From Bigelowiella natans CCMP2755 (taxonomy: Eukaryota > Protista > Cercozoa), in assembly GCA_000320545.1 (NCBI GenBank), contig ADNK01000247.1, positions 21,300 to 85,299 on the forward strand: a stretch of 64,000 nucleotides of DNA, in the 5' to 3' direction. Numbering within the stretch: position 1 is the stretch's first letter; each line of letters starts with the position of its first letter. Under the pieces are notes generated by a model. It saw only the letters and a list, made by a program, of their open reading frames with translations. It was not told the DNA's origin and searched no databases. Below, in pieces: positions 1-19,375 of this stretch. Made by a program: the position numbers and the translations under genes.

Positions 1-207
1 TTATCATTAGTGCTGTCTGCTATCCTTGACCATAAATCCACCCTCCCTCCTCTTTTCCCTATCTCCCTCTAATGCCTAAAACTAGGTCCTACTCGTATTG
101 CTTGAAAGTCCCTGAGACTGACGTCCGTGTTCCAATAATGGCCCACATACGGCATCTCACCGACCGTCGAAAGTCTGCAGCAACATTAAAATACACACAT
201 ACACATA

Positions 208-248
<41 letters not shown>

Positions 249-322
249 TTTTACCCCCCTCACTACTAGTAGTAGAAGTAGTGGTAGTAGCGGTGGTAGT
301 AGTTGTGTTCATAGCAGTAGTA

Positions 323-1666
323 CTACCGTTTTTGTCTGCCCTTCTGGTTAATATCAAGGGTGATACGCTGCGCCTTCTTCTTCTTCTTCTTCTTCTTCTT
401 CTTCTTTATCCTTTTCTTCATCATCTTTCCAGTTTGTGCCTCATCGTCGCCTCTCAACTCGTCGGCTACGTGATCCGTCTTCCCCACTTCCGTTCCTCCT
501 CCTCCTCCTCCTCCTCCTCCTCCTCCTAATCTTCTACTACTACCACCTCCAGCAAAAGCCGCCGTAGCTGCTGCTGGTGGTGCTGTTTTACTGTTCTTGC
601 TTGATACACCGCCACCTATGGAGCTAAGAGCAGATTTGGTCGATTCGAGAAGCAGTCCAAACAGTCCGGAACTGTGGTCATCATCGTCGTAGCCATGAGG
701 CTGCTGCTTCTGTTTTTGGGGAATAAGGGGAGGGGGGCGGACAAGGGGGCGGGTTGTATGGTCCCCGCCAGCGCGCCAGCGAGAATACTGATGACAATTC
801 TCGTGGTTGTTGTTGGTGTTGGTGATGGCTGCTTCTGTTGGAAGTGATTGACTTTCATTATTGTAATGCTGCAGAGGGCAATGATGACGAACATCTTCCT
901 GCTGCTGCCGTTGATGTGGGAGGGACTGAGGACGGTCACGATGTCGGCCATTGCGATTCTGCTGCTGCTGATGATGATGATGCTCATAATCTAGTGCGGT
1001 AGTGGTGTTACGATGCTTCGAGGGGGAACGGCTGTAGTGTCGCTGCCTTCGGGTCCTGCTTCCACCATTTTGATCATCCACATGCTTTCCCCCCTCCATC
1101 CCGGCCTCAATGTCCTCTTTCTTGCTGCTATTAGGCCGAAATTTATTGAGAAACTTCATGAAACCTTTCCTTAGTCCAGAAGTGTGCCGACGCTGACGAG
1201 GACGCCGCCCCGTTCTATTTCCTCCCCTCTTCTGCAGCCTCTCGCTCTTCGAATCAGCATCATCGTACTCCCAATCATCAGGATCATCCGAATCCCCATC
1301 GTCATCGTCATCGTCATCAGTATCGTCAATGGTTCTGGTCCCGGTGCTTCGAAGGCCCGTCCCCTTCATCAAACGAGAGGAGTGATGCTCGTCCGATTTA
1401 GCTCGTCCAGGTGGATGTGGCATCTGCTGTGTGGTGTCTCGTTCCCCTCCTCTCCTCCTCCTCTGCTCTCTTTCGTTGGCCGTCTTTATTTCCTTCTTAT
1501 TCTTCTTCTTCTTCTTTCCGACATCTTTGTTGGGGTTGTTGCCATCGTCACCTTCGTCGCCGTGGTAGCGATGCTCCGCGGCAGCAAAAGAAGGAAAAAC
1601 GTCTCCCGGAGGTGACATAGCCTCCAGAATGCTGTTCGGATCCCTTTTCTTCTGTTCCTTCTTCAT
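323..1666 (-). CDS. Probable large low-complexity exon of an unidentified multi-exon gene
   Basis: 447-codon ORF with poly-K/G/D/H tracts and no recognisable domain; may be partly a product of trinucleotide repeats. Confidence 0.35.
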   Translation of the reverse strand: MKKEQKKRDPNSILEAMSPPGDVFPSFAAAEHRYHGDEGDDGNNPNKDVGKKKKKNKKEIKTANEREQRRRRGGERDTTQQMPHPPGRAKSDEHHSSRLMKGTGLRSTGTRTIDDTDDDDDDDGDSDDPDDWEYDDADSKSERLQKRGGNRTGRRPRQRRHTSGLRKGFMKFLNKFRPNSSKKEDIEAGMEGGKHVDDQNGGSRTRRQRHYSRSPSKHRNTTTALDYEHHHHQQQQNRNGRHRDRPQSLPHQRQQQEDVRHHCPLQHYNNESQSLPTEAAITNTNNNHENCHQYSRWRAGGDHTTRPLVRPPPLIPQKQKQQPHGYDDDDHSSGLFGLLLESTKSALSSIGGGVSSKNSKTAPPAAATAAFAGGGSSRRLGGGGGGGGGGGTEVGKTDHVADELRGDDEAQTGKMMKKRIKKKKKKKKKKKAQRITLDINQKGRQKR

Positions 1667-2368
1667 ATTGCCGCTGCTAGTGTCGTTGCTGTCGTCATCA
1701 TTGTAGGCTTCTATGGATTTGGAAGCGGCGATCCTCGGAGGATCAAGCGAGTGAGAGTTTTCGAATGGACCAGCCTCAGAGGGAGCTTCTGTGGCAGCAG
1801 CACGAACACAAGCAAATAGTATTTGCGGCAGGTATATCCACCGCAGCAGTCAGTTGGTTCGTCCAATGATTACGTCTGGGAGATAACTACTACAGCGAGG
1901 CACTACTGGCCTATCTTACACGCAATTTCTGACCCGCTAATTGTTCATAGGTGGCCTCATACATAACATCCGACATGTGTTAAGGCCATGCCGCATGACA
2001 GGTTCGCTTCGATACTATGTGAAAAGGGAAGGACCACAGATCGGCATAATAATGCTCGTGGTGTGGGAGGGCGTGGGCCATGAAATGCACCAACAACAGC
2101 AACAACAACAGCAACAACAACAACAACAAAGAAGAAGAGAGGACTGCTACTGCTACCAGCATATCTCCTTTCGTGATCTCCCCTTCTGCTTGAAGATAGC
2201 GCTGGTGGTAGCATGATGGGACTGTTCTTCGGAGAAAATCTCTGAAGCAGCGCACATATATAAGAGGCTCTTTGAAGGATTAGTAACAAGTGGGTGCTTG
2301 TGGAACAGTGAGAACAGAAAAAAGCGAGAATAGAATAAAGAGAGAACAGAATAAAGCGAGAATAAATG

Positions 2369-2410
<42 letters not shown>

Positions 2411-3336
2411 TGGAGAGAGAGAGATAAAACAACCTTGGATGGGCTTGGATAAGACTCCGAAAATCTGAAAGCAGATACGATCATTAGACACGACCAGCAA
2501 CTAGATTATGTTTTGGGTATGATCTATGACATTCGGCATCATCACCACCATCAACTGCAGCAACACAGGGGCGAGTAGGAGTGCTCCAACTACAACTTCT
2601 CATCACAGTCACGGTAGTAGCAGCTGTAGTAAGTAGTAGTAGTAGTAGTAGTAGTAGTAGCAGTAGCAGCATCTATGCGGAGGTGGCGACATGCATAGAT
2701 GTTACATCAATGAAGGTGAAATGGCAGAAGAAGAGAAAATAAAATTCAAAAGGCTGTCAATTTTGGTTCACTGTTCTTCCCCTCATCTGTCCTTACTCCC
2801 CCAATGCTACTAGTGCTTCCTCATTAAGGCCACCACAACTACTACTACAACAAACCTTCCGGATTGCGGTGGTGTTGCTGTTGACCGCATGAATCGATGC
2901 CTACCATCTATGCCCCCCTCGCTATCGTCCTCCATCTATTTCATTATATGCGGGAGGAGCAGGTGGGGAAGAAAACGAGAAAGGCACAAGATGCGTGTGT
3001 TTTGACAGTATTATTGCTGTTGCTGCTGTAATGATCATGCAATCTCATGAATGGTAAGGAGTACTTCGTCGTCAGACATCTCGTCATCCTCCTGCCCCTC
3101 CTCCTCCTCGTTATCGTTGTTATCCAGGACGAGCTCAGTTGTTCTGGTGTTCAGGTGAAGGGGGGGGGGGGGGGGATTATTAGGATGTTCTACTGATGAT
3201 AGTTATAGCGATATGGAGGCATTGATGGTCAGTTTCATTGAAACCAAGCGCAGATGATGGAAGATGACGATAATGATTATGACGACGGCTCCGATGAGGA
3301 TTTGTACTAAACTTCTTATTGAGTTATGATAGACAC

Positions 3337-3375
<39 letters not shown>

Positions 3376-3555
3376 TATACACACCTATATACACACCTAT
3401 ATACACACCTATATTTGAAGTATTTTGCATGTGCTTGTATGTGCTTTGTGTAATTAATTCAGTGAGTATATGTTTTCGATCTACTTCCTCTTAATTGCGT
3501 CTCTCTGTGTCTTCTTCAGGTTCTTCGTTATGCAAATAGACTAACGTATAACAAT

Positions 3556-3595
<40 letters not shown>

Positions 3596-5932
3596 GCACG
3601 CACGCCATAGAGAGGGGGGGGGAGGGGGGAGGAGAATAAAAGATAAGCTCAATTTCAGATATAATTTGTCGCTTACGTCAATGGTATATGTGCGCGCGCG
3701 CGTGTGGTGTGCGTGTAATAGAAGGGGGGGAGGGGGGGGGGGGGAGTGAGGGGAGAGGAATCAAAGAGGAGGGAGAGAGAATTCTATTGCATTCTCTTAA
3801 TCATTATACATCTCTTAGTCTTTTCTCTCATTTCCTGGAGTGAGCACCGTGACATGCTGCACACACACCATACATGCTACACACATCATACATGCAGAGA
3901 TCTTGACGTGACTTTCTCCAGCGGAATCCACGTTCCCTGTTGTTTGTTGTATTGAGAGAGGAGAAACCAAGCAGCAATGCATGAAAGTGAAAGAAGAGTG
4001 GGAGGAGGAAGAAGAAGAGGAAGAGGCGATTTGTTGGAGGAATTTCCCTCCTTCCTCCTCCTCCTCCTCCTCCAACACACTCAGTCCTGTATGCATTACG
4101 TGTATGGCACGGCTGCGGCTGCTGCCATTGATCATGACGACGATGATGACGATGATGGTGATGACAGAGAATTCGAGGGCATAATCTTAACCAACCGCTA
4201 TTCCAAAACCGGGGCAAAAGTCAGAAAAGAGCAACCATTCAGTTAAAGGCATGTATTTTGAGTGAATGCCCATCCCTACTCTTATCAATCACCACCTCCT
4301 TGCGGTAGTGAAGATTCCGTATCTTACGACAGATGCTTCCTTTGAGCTCCTTTAGTAAACATCAATAATGGAACCGTTCGAAAAAGAATGAAGGCCCCTG
4401 AATCAGCAACACGCCTCGTACTTACGTGGTGCAAAGCGCACCGCACATCGGCCAGACACCCACACACACACACGTGTAGATGATCTACTTTTGCTTCTTA
4501 AATGACCGATGTGATATGTAGATCGTACTCCTCTGGCACCCGGATGATGAACTCGCTCGACGTGGTGCTAGGTGTGGACGAAGAAGAAGAAGAAGAAGAA
4601 GAAGAAGAAGAAGAAAGGGAAAACAGAGGCGTTACTGCTCATCATGCTGACATTGTCTCCTAGTTTCTACATTCATTGTCAATTATTATTATTGAACGTG
4701 GAGTTTGTACAACTACAACCTCACAGTGATTGCTTCAACTTTGGTTAGCAGGATGCGCCGTAACACCTTGTATCGACCCGGGGCCACGCAAAAGCTGATC
4801 GTTCAGATATAAGCAATGATCTAGAAGATGAAGAAGCAGATGATGAAGAAAACCATGACGCAACTAGTAGCTTCATGTGCGTTTTGATTATGTATTAATT
4901 TTTCACGCAGCTGCCAATACAACTACTGTCTGCGCTGCACTGCATGCTTTCATCGCCACGTTGTTTACATAGATGTCTTGGTCAGGATAAGGCGATTTTC
5001 CTTTTCCTTTTCTCTTCGGTTAATCTGTGTTCGTATGGTGACAATTTGGGGAGGGTTGATGGCAGAGATTGTGTGATAGAGGGTGACGGCGAAAAGGTGA
5101 AGAATAAGGCAAACAATCTAAATGTCCACCTTCACAACGTTCCCAGTAAATCGGATATCCGTCGCCTCCTCGCCTGTAACAACACGTGTGATGAGAATTG
5201 GTCTTTCGCTTGCATCTTTTGGGAGTAAGGTTGCTTAGGGGATTGGGGGGGGGGGGGCAGGGATAAGAGGGTGGGTGCAAGCGAAGGGAACCCTCTTTTT
5301 TGAGCATCTTGATGACATCAGGCCTGTCTCTAAGCCCAAGTCTATCCGCCTTCCGTAGCTTTCGCTCGGTGTCGTCATCGTGGTGGCGAGCACTCATTCT
5401 AGTGGGATCCCTTCATATCGGAAAAAGGAATTGATTTGATGTTCGACTTTCTCCGCCACCGACTGCCCTCCGGCCACCTCCAGGTTGTTCTTCGGGTCTT
5501 GTGCACGAGGGATATTAGGTTTGGCACGCTGGGCACAATTTAGTTTCCCGTGCAGCAAGTGTCTCCTGTTGGACTTTCGCAACACGCGACAGCGCTCATC
5601 TTCGTCGAGCCTCGGCAAAAAAGTCTGCGGGTTTGGAGGCATTTTCCCAGGCCTTTTGGCCATCGGTGGGGGAAAACCACAAAACGCCCTTATTTTGTCT
5701 GTTCCGTCATCATCAAATGACTCGTCTTTCGAACAAATTCGCTCGCGATGCAGGCCGACGGTCTGCAGATATTTTCACGATGTATTGAGGTGATCCACCC
5801 GGAGTCAGCACTGCATGCCGACGATGAAGTTGGTGCTCACTTGATACGACAGTTGTTACTTTTTTATATCACTTCCGAACGGGATATATCTACGGGAAAA
5901 ATGTAAGTTTCTTCCATCTAACTTCCGAGCTC

Positions 5933-6172
5933 ATGCGTGTTCCGCGCGGGCTGAAGAGGGTTGCCACTCTGTGCATACTCAAGGACCCTGCCCGCGCAAG
6001 CTTCCTACTACTTAAGCGGTATAAAGAACCGCATAAGAACCTCTTCTGCCCCGTGGGAGGGAAACTGGATCCGCATGAGGGCCCCAGAGCGGCAGCGAAG
6101 AGGGAGATCTTCGAGGAGACGGGGCTGAGCCCAGGGTAATGTAACGTACGGCTTGCATGTGAGGGTGGGGAA

Positions 6173-6215
<43 letters not shown>

Positions 6216-6610
6216 CGATGGTGATCGTGAGTTTCTTCGGCTAGAGTAGAGGATTCCACTGATACACATCCACGAACATGCGAACAGACGTAAATTTAAT
6301 CTTGTTGTGCAGACACCTGAAATACTGCGGGGTGATGACTGAGACATCCCCAGTTGAATACAACTGGACTTGCTATGTGTACATGTCTGAGTTGGAATCT
6401 CGCATCACCCCGCCTCCATGCGACGAAGGTATCCTAGAATGGATCGATTTTGATGATATAGAGTCACGGCGCGTACAAATCCCTCAAACTGACCCTTTCG
6501 TCTATAAGTACGTCCTTGCCGGGAAGCCGTTTGCATTCGATGTAGAGTACGATGCTGAGTTGAACGTGACATCGATGGTGGAAGGGCTGGAGAACGTGAC
6601 ATTATGTTGA
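5933..6610 (+). CDS. Nudix hydrolase (MutT/8-oxo-dGTPase-like), 2 exons (5933-6135, 6313-6610)
   Basis: Nudix box GGKLDPHEGPRAAAKREIFEETGL. The GT..AG intron 6136-6312 joins in frame to HLKYCG...CDEGILEWI. Confidence 0.9.
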
Positions 6611-7429
6611 TATCAAATATTAGAATCGACAATTGCAATTGATACTCACGCTACTACTCACTCCCATGCGATCTCAATAATGAACTATAATGCTCGCCGA
6701 TTCTATACTTCATTTTTTTTGCCATCTGCGCGACATATAAGCCATGCATAGTGCTACGCATAGCAGAATCTACACCCTAACCACTGCATATCGCTCATCG
6801 AAATAAAAGCACGCATTAACATATCGATGTACACATTTCGTCTACTGGCAAAGAATAATGGTGCACGCGTGCAATGTGCCCGGCGCGAATGTGATCCGAT
6901 TGTAGCGTAATCGAATTGTTGTGGGATGTTATCGACCTCGTAGCAATTGCAAAAATGTCTGTATCACTATACATCGTTTAAAGGAGACAAGGACGGTCTC
7001 CTGGGCTTAACGCCTGCGACAATACTAATGCAGATCTAGAGATGTATACTTAGAATGCATGCATTGAATGAAGAATAAATCCGACGCTGTTAGCCCTCCA
7101 CGACAAGATCGACGAAGAACACCGCGCACACACGACAGCTCGTGGCATGCAACCTGTGCAAGTGGAACCATTAATTTCAACCTTTTTGTATATCTTTCGC
7201 GGATAGCCGTGCCTCTGGCTCCTAATATTTCTTGTGCTTCTGAAGCAAATGTTGGTGCGTTGTTCCTCGTTCCCTATCTCTGCAGCAAGTACCACCTTTC
7301 CTGCTATGGAGGGTCTAATCCTCAAGGTCGGAGTGCGTTTCATTGAAGTATTCGATCCGCTGCCCCCTGACATACCGCATTTCAATCAATCATCTTGGTG
7401 AGCACCATATATTCAGTAGCGAGTTGTGA

Positions 7430-12061
<4,632 letters not shown>

Positions 12062-12507
12062 CGCTGCCCTACTCTGCTCCTTCTAAATGGAAAATTTTTT
12101 CATGCATAAAATATCTATAAAATAATTGCAATTTTATTATTTGATTTGGAGAGGGGTCCACAAATCGGAAGAGTGAAGTAGTTAGTTGTTTGAAGTGGCA
12201 TTTGTATATCTGAGGGTAATTTATAGTGTTTTTGGGGATTTATGCTGCGACTGTTCCAACCGGAGATGGTCCTGACTGCAACAGGAACAACAAGCAAATC
12301 GTTCACCTTTCAAAGAATCATTTTCATGTGGAAGTTCTAAGCGTATTTTATTTCCCATAAAATCGTTATAACTCAGACATGATTGTATCGGCTTTGCATT
12401 CCAAACATATACTCTCACCAGAACGGATATTTATGATATTCTCCGCATAGATTTAGGACTGTGATCGTTGGTCGACAGCCTGGTCGACTATTTTCGGCGG
12501 GAGCTGA

Positions 12508-13812
12508 ATGGCTTCTCCCCGCTCCATACGGAGGATCGCCGCGACCGCTTTAGTCGTCGCTACGTTGTTTCACATCGCTGGGGAAGGAACAAGGCGCTGG
12601 GCGATGCGAACGATGCTTTCTAGCCCTTTTAAAACCGCAACACCGCCATCAAGACTTCATTCGTGCCTCCCAAATATAAAGACTGCTCGCTTCTCTCCCA
12701 CGAGGCGGGCCGTCAGAGAGAACCTCCTCTGGTCTCGTAAAAATATATTCAAGAAGGCGAGGACGTTCGAGGATGGTAGGATCAGGGTGCGAAATCGACT
12801 GTCCTGTTTTGCCGGGGGCGGGGTAAGGGGCGCTTTCGCAGGAACGGACGATGCAAACGATGCAACAATGAGAACCACGAAGAGAATCTGTGTGAGTTCC
12901 TTCAATACCTGATGCGGTCGTTCATAGGGAATGGCCATGTGACTTTGTTCGATCTCTCGCTAATCGGCATAAAGAACGGCGTGCTTGCGGTTTAGGATGT
13001 GCGTGACGTGGCAGCCAATCATGGCGAGGGGGATGGGAACTTGTGCTATTATCATTTGCAGATCGTTGATATCTGTGTTGTGGTGTGATACCAGATAATC
13101 GGCGACGTGCATGGAATGTGGGACGATGGCGACAAAGAGGTAGACATCATCATCGTCATCATAATCGCCTTAGTTGATTATCAAACATTCTCATTAAGGT
13201 TCTCCGAGCGTTGAAGCCGGACTTGGTGCTGTTCGTTGGGGTAGTAAAGGAACGGCGATAATTACAACGAAGAAGAAAGAATCCAGAGAAATAATTCAGA
13301 AGAAAGTTGACCCAAAACTTGACGCTCACATTCGTGAATACCCACAGGATTTTGGCAACGAGAATCAAAAAATAGTACAATCAATTGCGTCATTCTGTGA
13401 TTTTCCCAAGGTAAATATGCTCTCCTCACCTGTCGTTGAGAAATTTGTGTGTTACGAATTGACAACCATGAAATCCGTTACAATCTTGCTTTAATGCAGG
13501 CAGTGATACTGGGTAACCACGATGCATGGAGGTATGTACATGTAGATGAAATCAAGTATTTCATTTACACTATCATCACCAGCCCCATCATCATTATTAT
13601 CATCATCATGATCATCATCCTGATGTTGTTGTCGTATGGCTCTTCACTCATCACCAACACAAGTTGCAGACGATGACCCCTCATCCACACATTGTCAACG
13701 ATATGGGGCAGCCAACGACGTGGTTCTTCCTACTTTCTTAGGTCTATTCGACTGAAGAAACCGACAGACGCGCTTAAAAATCAGATCGAGATGCTCAGGA
13801 AGGTATTAAGTC

Positions 13813-13844
<32 letters not shown>

Positions 13845-13964
13845 TAGTAATTGTGATGTTAATAGGTTGTGAGATTCATCTTCTCTTTCTAATCCATTAT
13901 CTGTTTTATACCAACTGACTCTGCGTACTCCTTTTCGTTCTTTCTCTCCCCCCCCCCCGCCCCC

Positions 13965-14008
<44 letters not shown>

Positions 14009-14613
14009 CCATACTACGATAAATGGCCCCAACAAAAGACCGAGTGCGATGCGGGATACAATGCCTTAAAGTTTACTGATGTGGGGGTGGGGGTGGTCGG
14101 CTGCCGCGCTCTGTCGTTTGGGGGGGGGAAGAACAAACGCTCCAGCACTTACAGGCTTCTTAGTCCCCTCTACGGCATTAAAAATCATGTAAAATAGAGA
14201 GAGAGAAGAAGAAGGATGATGATCATATTTGTGGTGACGCTGTGACGAGGCGAATCATGCGCGCATATGCATGCTCGTGTGCCTTATTTGCTTTTCACCT
14301 ACGTCCTCAAACAGGCGGAGTCAGTTGATCGAATTGTAGCGAATATCAAGGTACAGCCTCTACGACGACAACCCTTGTTTCAGCGAAGCAGCTTCGTTCA
14401 AATGCATAATCGTGCTGTTCATCACGGTGAATTCTCAATCCTTTTTGTCCATGTACTTCCCCATCCCCATCCCCATCCCCACCTCTGGTGGAAAGAATGT
14501 GGATGAAGCGTCGCAGCCATTGAGCTGCATCTGCCTTGCACATAATGGACCTACTGGACTAGGGGAAAAACCGTATTCCATATGCGGCAAGGTTTGTATT
14601 AGCAGTGGGGAGA

Positions 14614-14651
<38 letters not shown>

Positions 14652-15088
14652 GTTTCTGAGGAAAAAGCAGCGATAATGCATCTCTCTTTCCTTCTAGCCT
14701 CCTAGTGTGGTCACTGCCTGAGTCATGTTTGTTGGTGTAGGATTTCCCCCCGGCGGGGGGGGATTGGGGTGATCCCGACCTTGAGGAAGCATTAATGAGA
14801 GTGCGAGTAGAAGCCTCCCCCCCCTCCTCCTCCTCCTCTTCCTCCTCCAGCTGCCCTGCGCCTAAAGTGAGCATGGTGGCTTTCGGCCATATGCATGCGA
14901 ACCTCCTAAACGGGGGGCGACGGCAGATGGTGGTAGAGGATGAGCACGGCACCGTGTTTGTCAACGCCGCAGAGGTTCCCCGCTGGGAGCACGAGCTAGC
15001 GCGACCCGCACGATCCAGCTACGTCACCATGGTCGATATTGACAGTTCCACCAAGAGAGTCATCCGAGTAGAAGGTGGTCGTTCGTAG
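12508..15088 (+). CDS. Calcineurin-like metallophosphoesterase (TIGR04168-like) with a putative bipartite plastid-targeting leader, multi-exon
   Basis: Motifs across exons: IIGDVHG, LVLFVG/DFGNE, ILGNHDAW, LAHNGPTGLG, DWGDPDL, FGHMH, VNAAEVPR. The N-terminus has a hydrophobic stretch followed by an R/S/T-rich region. Confidence 0.85.
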
Positions 15089-15949
15089 AAACATAGCTGA
15101 ACGTCTGTTTGCTGCGGTTCGTTTACATCAATAACGTCATCGGTGCACCGTTGATCGACTTTTCTCGCTTGCTTTCTTCGCAATCACTCAGGTCTATGGG
15201 TAACCACGGAAGGTGTGACAACAAAGAATGTACTCCTGTATTCTACCCCTCCTCCTACTTCTTCCGTCTCGGCAGTCACACCATGATCTGGCGGTAGCCA
15301 GTTTGCCTTGAAAAGGAAATCCGTGATTGTGAGGCCGCGAGCGCGTCCCATGACGAACGCGCTATGGACCCTGTCGTTTAAAATTACAGTTGCATGATGA
15401 TTGTTTTTATAGCAACCTCGTTTGGTTATCTAGCCATAAATACACAGCTGGTTTTTCCTTACGTTGCGATGATTATGTATATATCATGCGCACAAAGGAA
15501 TTTACTGCACGTGCGTACGCATGCATGCGCTTGCGGCAAAAAAAAGTTTGCATAAGGCGATCCGCTAGCACGGCGATGCATTGACCTTCACACACGGACG
15601 CATTATTGTGGCTATTATGGCTTTTGATAATAAGCCTTAGTTTTGAAATGCACATGATGGGACTAGCCGAAATAAGTAAAGCTGACGACGTGCAACAACT
15701 AGCCACAACAAATTAATCAAATGCGTGGAACAGCAATGATGACATCTGGAGAAATCTTAAGAAGTGCTATTCGCATAGCAAAAACACTAATTCCTATTCT
15801 AATACTAACAACGTACTAGACGTGTCGCATGGAGATATATATTAATAAGCGCTAGCCATACAGATAATTATCTCCGTCTATGCTGTTAAAATCCATGCTC
15901 TTTCTATCACATTCAATGTTCTAACAAGCCATTAGAATCGTCAATTAAC

Positions 15950-16585
15950 GTTGAGCAAATGCATCCTGGAAGACCGCCCTCATCGCACGAAGCCTTTTAC
16001 TTTCTTCCTCCTGATCAGCCGAAGAGTATGATGAATCCGGAAGATCCCTGCTCACCGCAGCAAATGTGACCATCTTTAAGGATCCCTGCATTAATAGAGC
16101 GTTTTATTGGTTATTTGCGAGAAGCTCGCCAAATTGAAGGCAAAGATTTAGCCATTCCCACATCACAGGGTACATCGATGGTGATTGCTGCGTTGTGTGT
16201 TATTCTGCGTTGGCTGACCTCTCCCCCCCCTGACACTTGACGCAATACCGCTGCAACATGCCGGATCACCTGATTTTTGGCGTGGATGGAATGCTTTGTA
16301 TTACGGCGTTCTCCGAAATGAGAGATGCATTATTTATTTGAATGCTGCTACTACTTACAGCTGCAGAGTGGTTCGGTGTGGGCATGCAATGCGACCCGAC
16401 ATCTTATATGCGTGCACAGTAAGTCAAGCCACGGCCAAACTAGGCACCTGGTTTGTGGAAAAGCTTCCCCATAGCCCCGCCCCCCCCCCTTCCTTCCCAA
16501 GCGTTGCAGCAGACTGCTCAACCGAATCTACGACAATAATCAACGATCCGATCGACATGTCGTCGGCACTGTGCAAAGCCTGGTG

Positions 16586-16640
<55 letters not shown>

Positions 16641-17767
16641 AGTAAGATAGCTTCAATGCGGCGCACAATCAACCAGAAAATACAGACAGCACACATCAGG
16701 CCTATCATAGATTCAGTTAACGGCAGATGAATGACCATAGCGAGCGCATCAAGGGTAAAGCCACCATCTCCCCCCCCCCCCCCGCTGGTGGCACGTCTGC
16801 TGCCTTGTCCTCCGTTCTTTGGTCTATGCTCACTCGCTGCATTCGTTGTCGTTATTGTCGCATGGAGGACAGCATGAGCCAAGCGAAGATTCGAGTGCTG
16901 CGTGATGACTAAATCCGTGCCTTCTTTCTTCTGCCCTGCTGCTTTCACTTGGCGATGATGGCCCCCCTGCTGCTCTTGCTCCCCTCTCATTCTTTGTTGC
17001 TGTTGTCGGAGGGTGCAACGGTTCGTGCGGTATCTCTTCAATTGAACGTGCAGAGGGTCCAACTGACACTCGGGGCTCTGATAATCATCATCGTCGTAAT
17101 CACCATGGGGGTAAATAGTGACGACGAAAGAGAAGAGGGAGGAGGGGGAGGAGGAGGAGGAGGAGGAAGGGGAGATACTACTATAACTGTTAGTACCACC
17201 ACCACCACCACCACTACTACTGCTACTACTTACTACTACCTCCGCACAAGTTTGCACGAATTCGCTCCAAACTTCCTTCACACGTAGAGGCCCTTTGTCC
17301 CCCTTCTCCTCCTCTTCCTCCTCCTCTTCCTCCTCTTCCTTCTCATTATCAGCAGTAGTACGCCTACCTTCAGTAGTTTGTCCATCAAGTCTCCCACTGT
17401 TCTTATCATCCTCTCCAAAAGTAAAGAGAGGTGAGGTTGACGTGAGCAACGACGACGATGACAACAGCGAACTACTGTTGCGAGTGGACGTGGACGCCAC
17501 TATCATTGCCTCCTTACTCGATTTACCCCCCCCCCCATCCCCCGCCTCCCCCAATATCATTTGGTTGTTGTTGGTCTTCTTCTTGGCTTTGTTCTTATTC
17601 TTGATGCTGATGATCCTCTTCATGATTCTCTCCTTCTTTCTTCGCATATCCCTTCTCGCCTTTTCGACGTGCTGTGCCGTTAGCAGCTCCTGGGCAGTAA
17701 CGGGGCCTTGGTACATCAACGGTAGAAGAAGGAGAAAAAAGAAGAAGATGAGTGAAGGAGGAAGATC

Positions 17768-17805
<38 letters not shown>

Positions 17806-19323
17806 CCGTAAACAATAACATAATAAAGTCATTAGAGTAGACGGTGCTATTCGTCAGCTACGACGATGATGGCGACGAGAATGAAGGACCCCCAAAAATA
17901 CAAAATATATCGAATTTGCTGCTAATGCCATTGGTGACAATCACCGCTACTATACTAAAGGAGAACCAGAAGAAGAGATAATGATGATAGCAATGATGGC
18001 ATGGTAAGGATGAGTAAGGCGATAAGAAGAAACCCAACCACCTTTCTGTTGTATGATTGCTTTGTCTGCGGGAATTAGAAGAGCTTGAAGGCGATTACCT
18101 AACGAATAAGTAACAAGCAACCACCCATGCAGTTTTGAGGAGGGGACAAAAGATATGACTTGTTCGGAGGCCATAACATCAGTTTGTTACTACCGTAAAG
18201 CTGCAGCCCACATTGTGCGTAGAGCTTCACCTAGAGAAATAGACAATGAACGACATAGCAAAGAGGAAGAGGAGGAGGAGGAGGAGGAGGAGGGGATTGG
18301 CCAACTGAGGGGACGATAAATTGTTTTCAGCATCAAATATCCATCAGCGATTCACGTGCCTATTCTTCACGTATCTCAAAAAAGTACTTTTCTTCACTCT
18401 TCTCCCCTCCCCCTTCTTCTCCTGACCTCATAATCGTTGTCCTCCTCTTTGCTAGTACGGACGTATTCTCCTCCTCCTTTTTGTCTTCGTCGTTCCTGCT
18501 GCTGCTGCTTCTTCTGTGGTGTAGTATAAAACCGCCGCTTGAATAATGTGCTCAGTCTCTCTCGTACAACCCGTATATGATACCTAGGAGGAGGAGGATG
18601 GGGGAGGGGGGGAGGAGGGAGAGGAAAAAGGGTATAAAAAGTTGTCCTTGTCTGGCCAGATTAATGCCTCTCATGGCTTGTTCAAGCACTTGCAGTCGGT
18701 GGCTGCTATCGTCGTTGTGTTGTTTTGTTGTTGTTGTTGTTGTTGCCACCCCCGTGCAAATTCGGAATGTTGATGACTCGGCTTACTTCCTGCGGTAGGG
18801 ATGGGAAGGCCCGGTCCACACATAGGTCTCACATACGATCTTTGAGAACGACGATCGAAACGAGAGATCATGCAGCAACAACTCCCCGTCTGACGATGAT
18901 GAAGGAGCAGCAGCTTCATGAAGTTCGACTCCCCACTCGCCACCAATGGTTTCACGATGACGATTATACTTGCTGCTACTGTTGCTGCTGCTGCTACTGC
19001 TGCTGCTTTGCTGCTTACGACGATGATGAGTACTTATATTGGCGCTGCTACCAGCAGCCTTCCCCCTCCTCCTCCTGTTCCTACTACTATTGCTACTGTT
19101 TCTATTGCTACGAAGATCGTTTGGGAGGGATCTCGATGTCATCCGAATAAAAGTGCGGAACTCAGAACGCTGTTTGGTAGGGGAGGGGAGGGACAGTACG
19201 GAAAGGTAGTGTTGAGAATACGTACTTATCACGAAGCTGACTCTTCACTATAAACAAACAAATAAATAAACAATGCAAATATATACATGCACACATGGAA
19301 CACATGAAGCTCTCATTCTCCTT

Positions 19324-19375
<52 letters not shown>

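Noticed and set aside
5020-5663. Overlapping ATGA stop/start ORFs suggesting translational coupling or selenocysteine readthrough
   Set aside because: No recognisable domain or Sec motif; more simply explained by unresolved splicing
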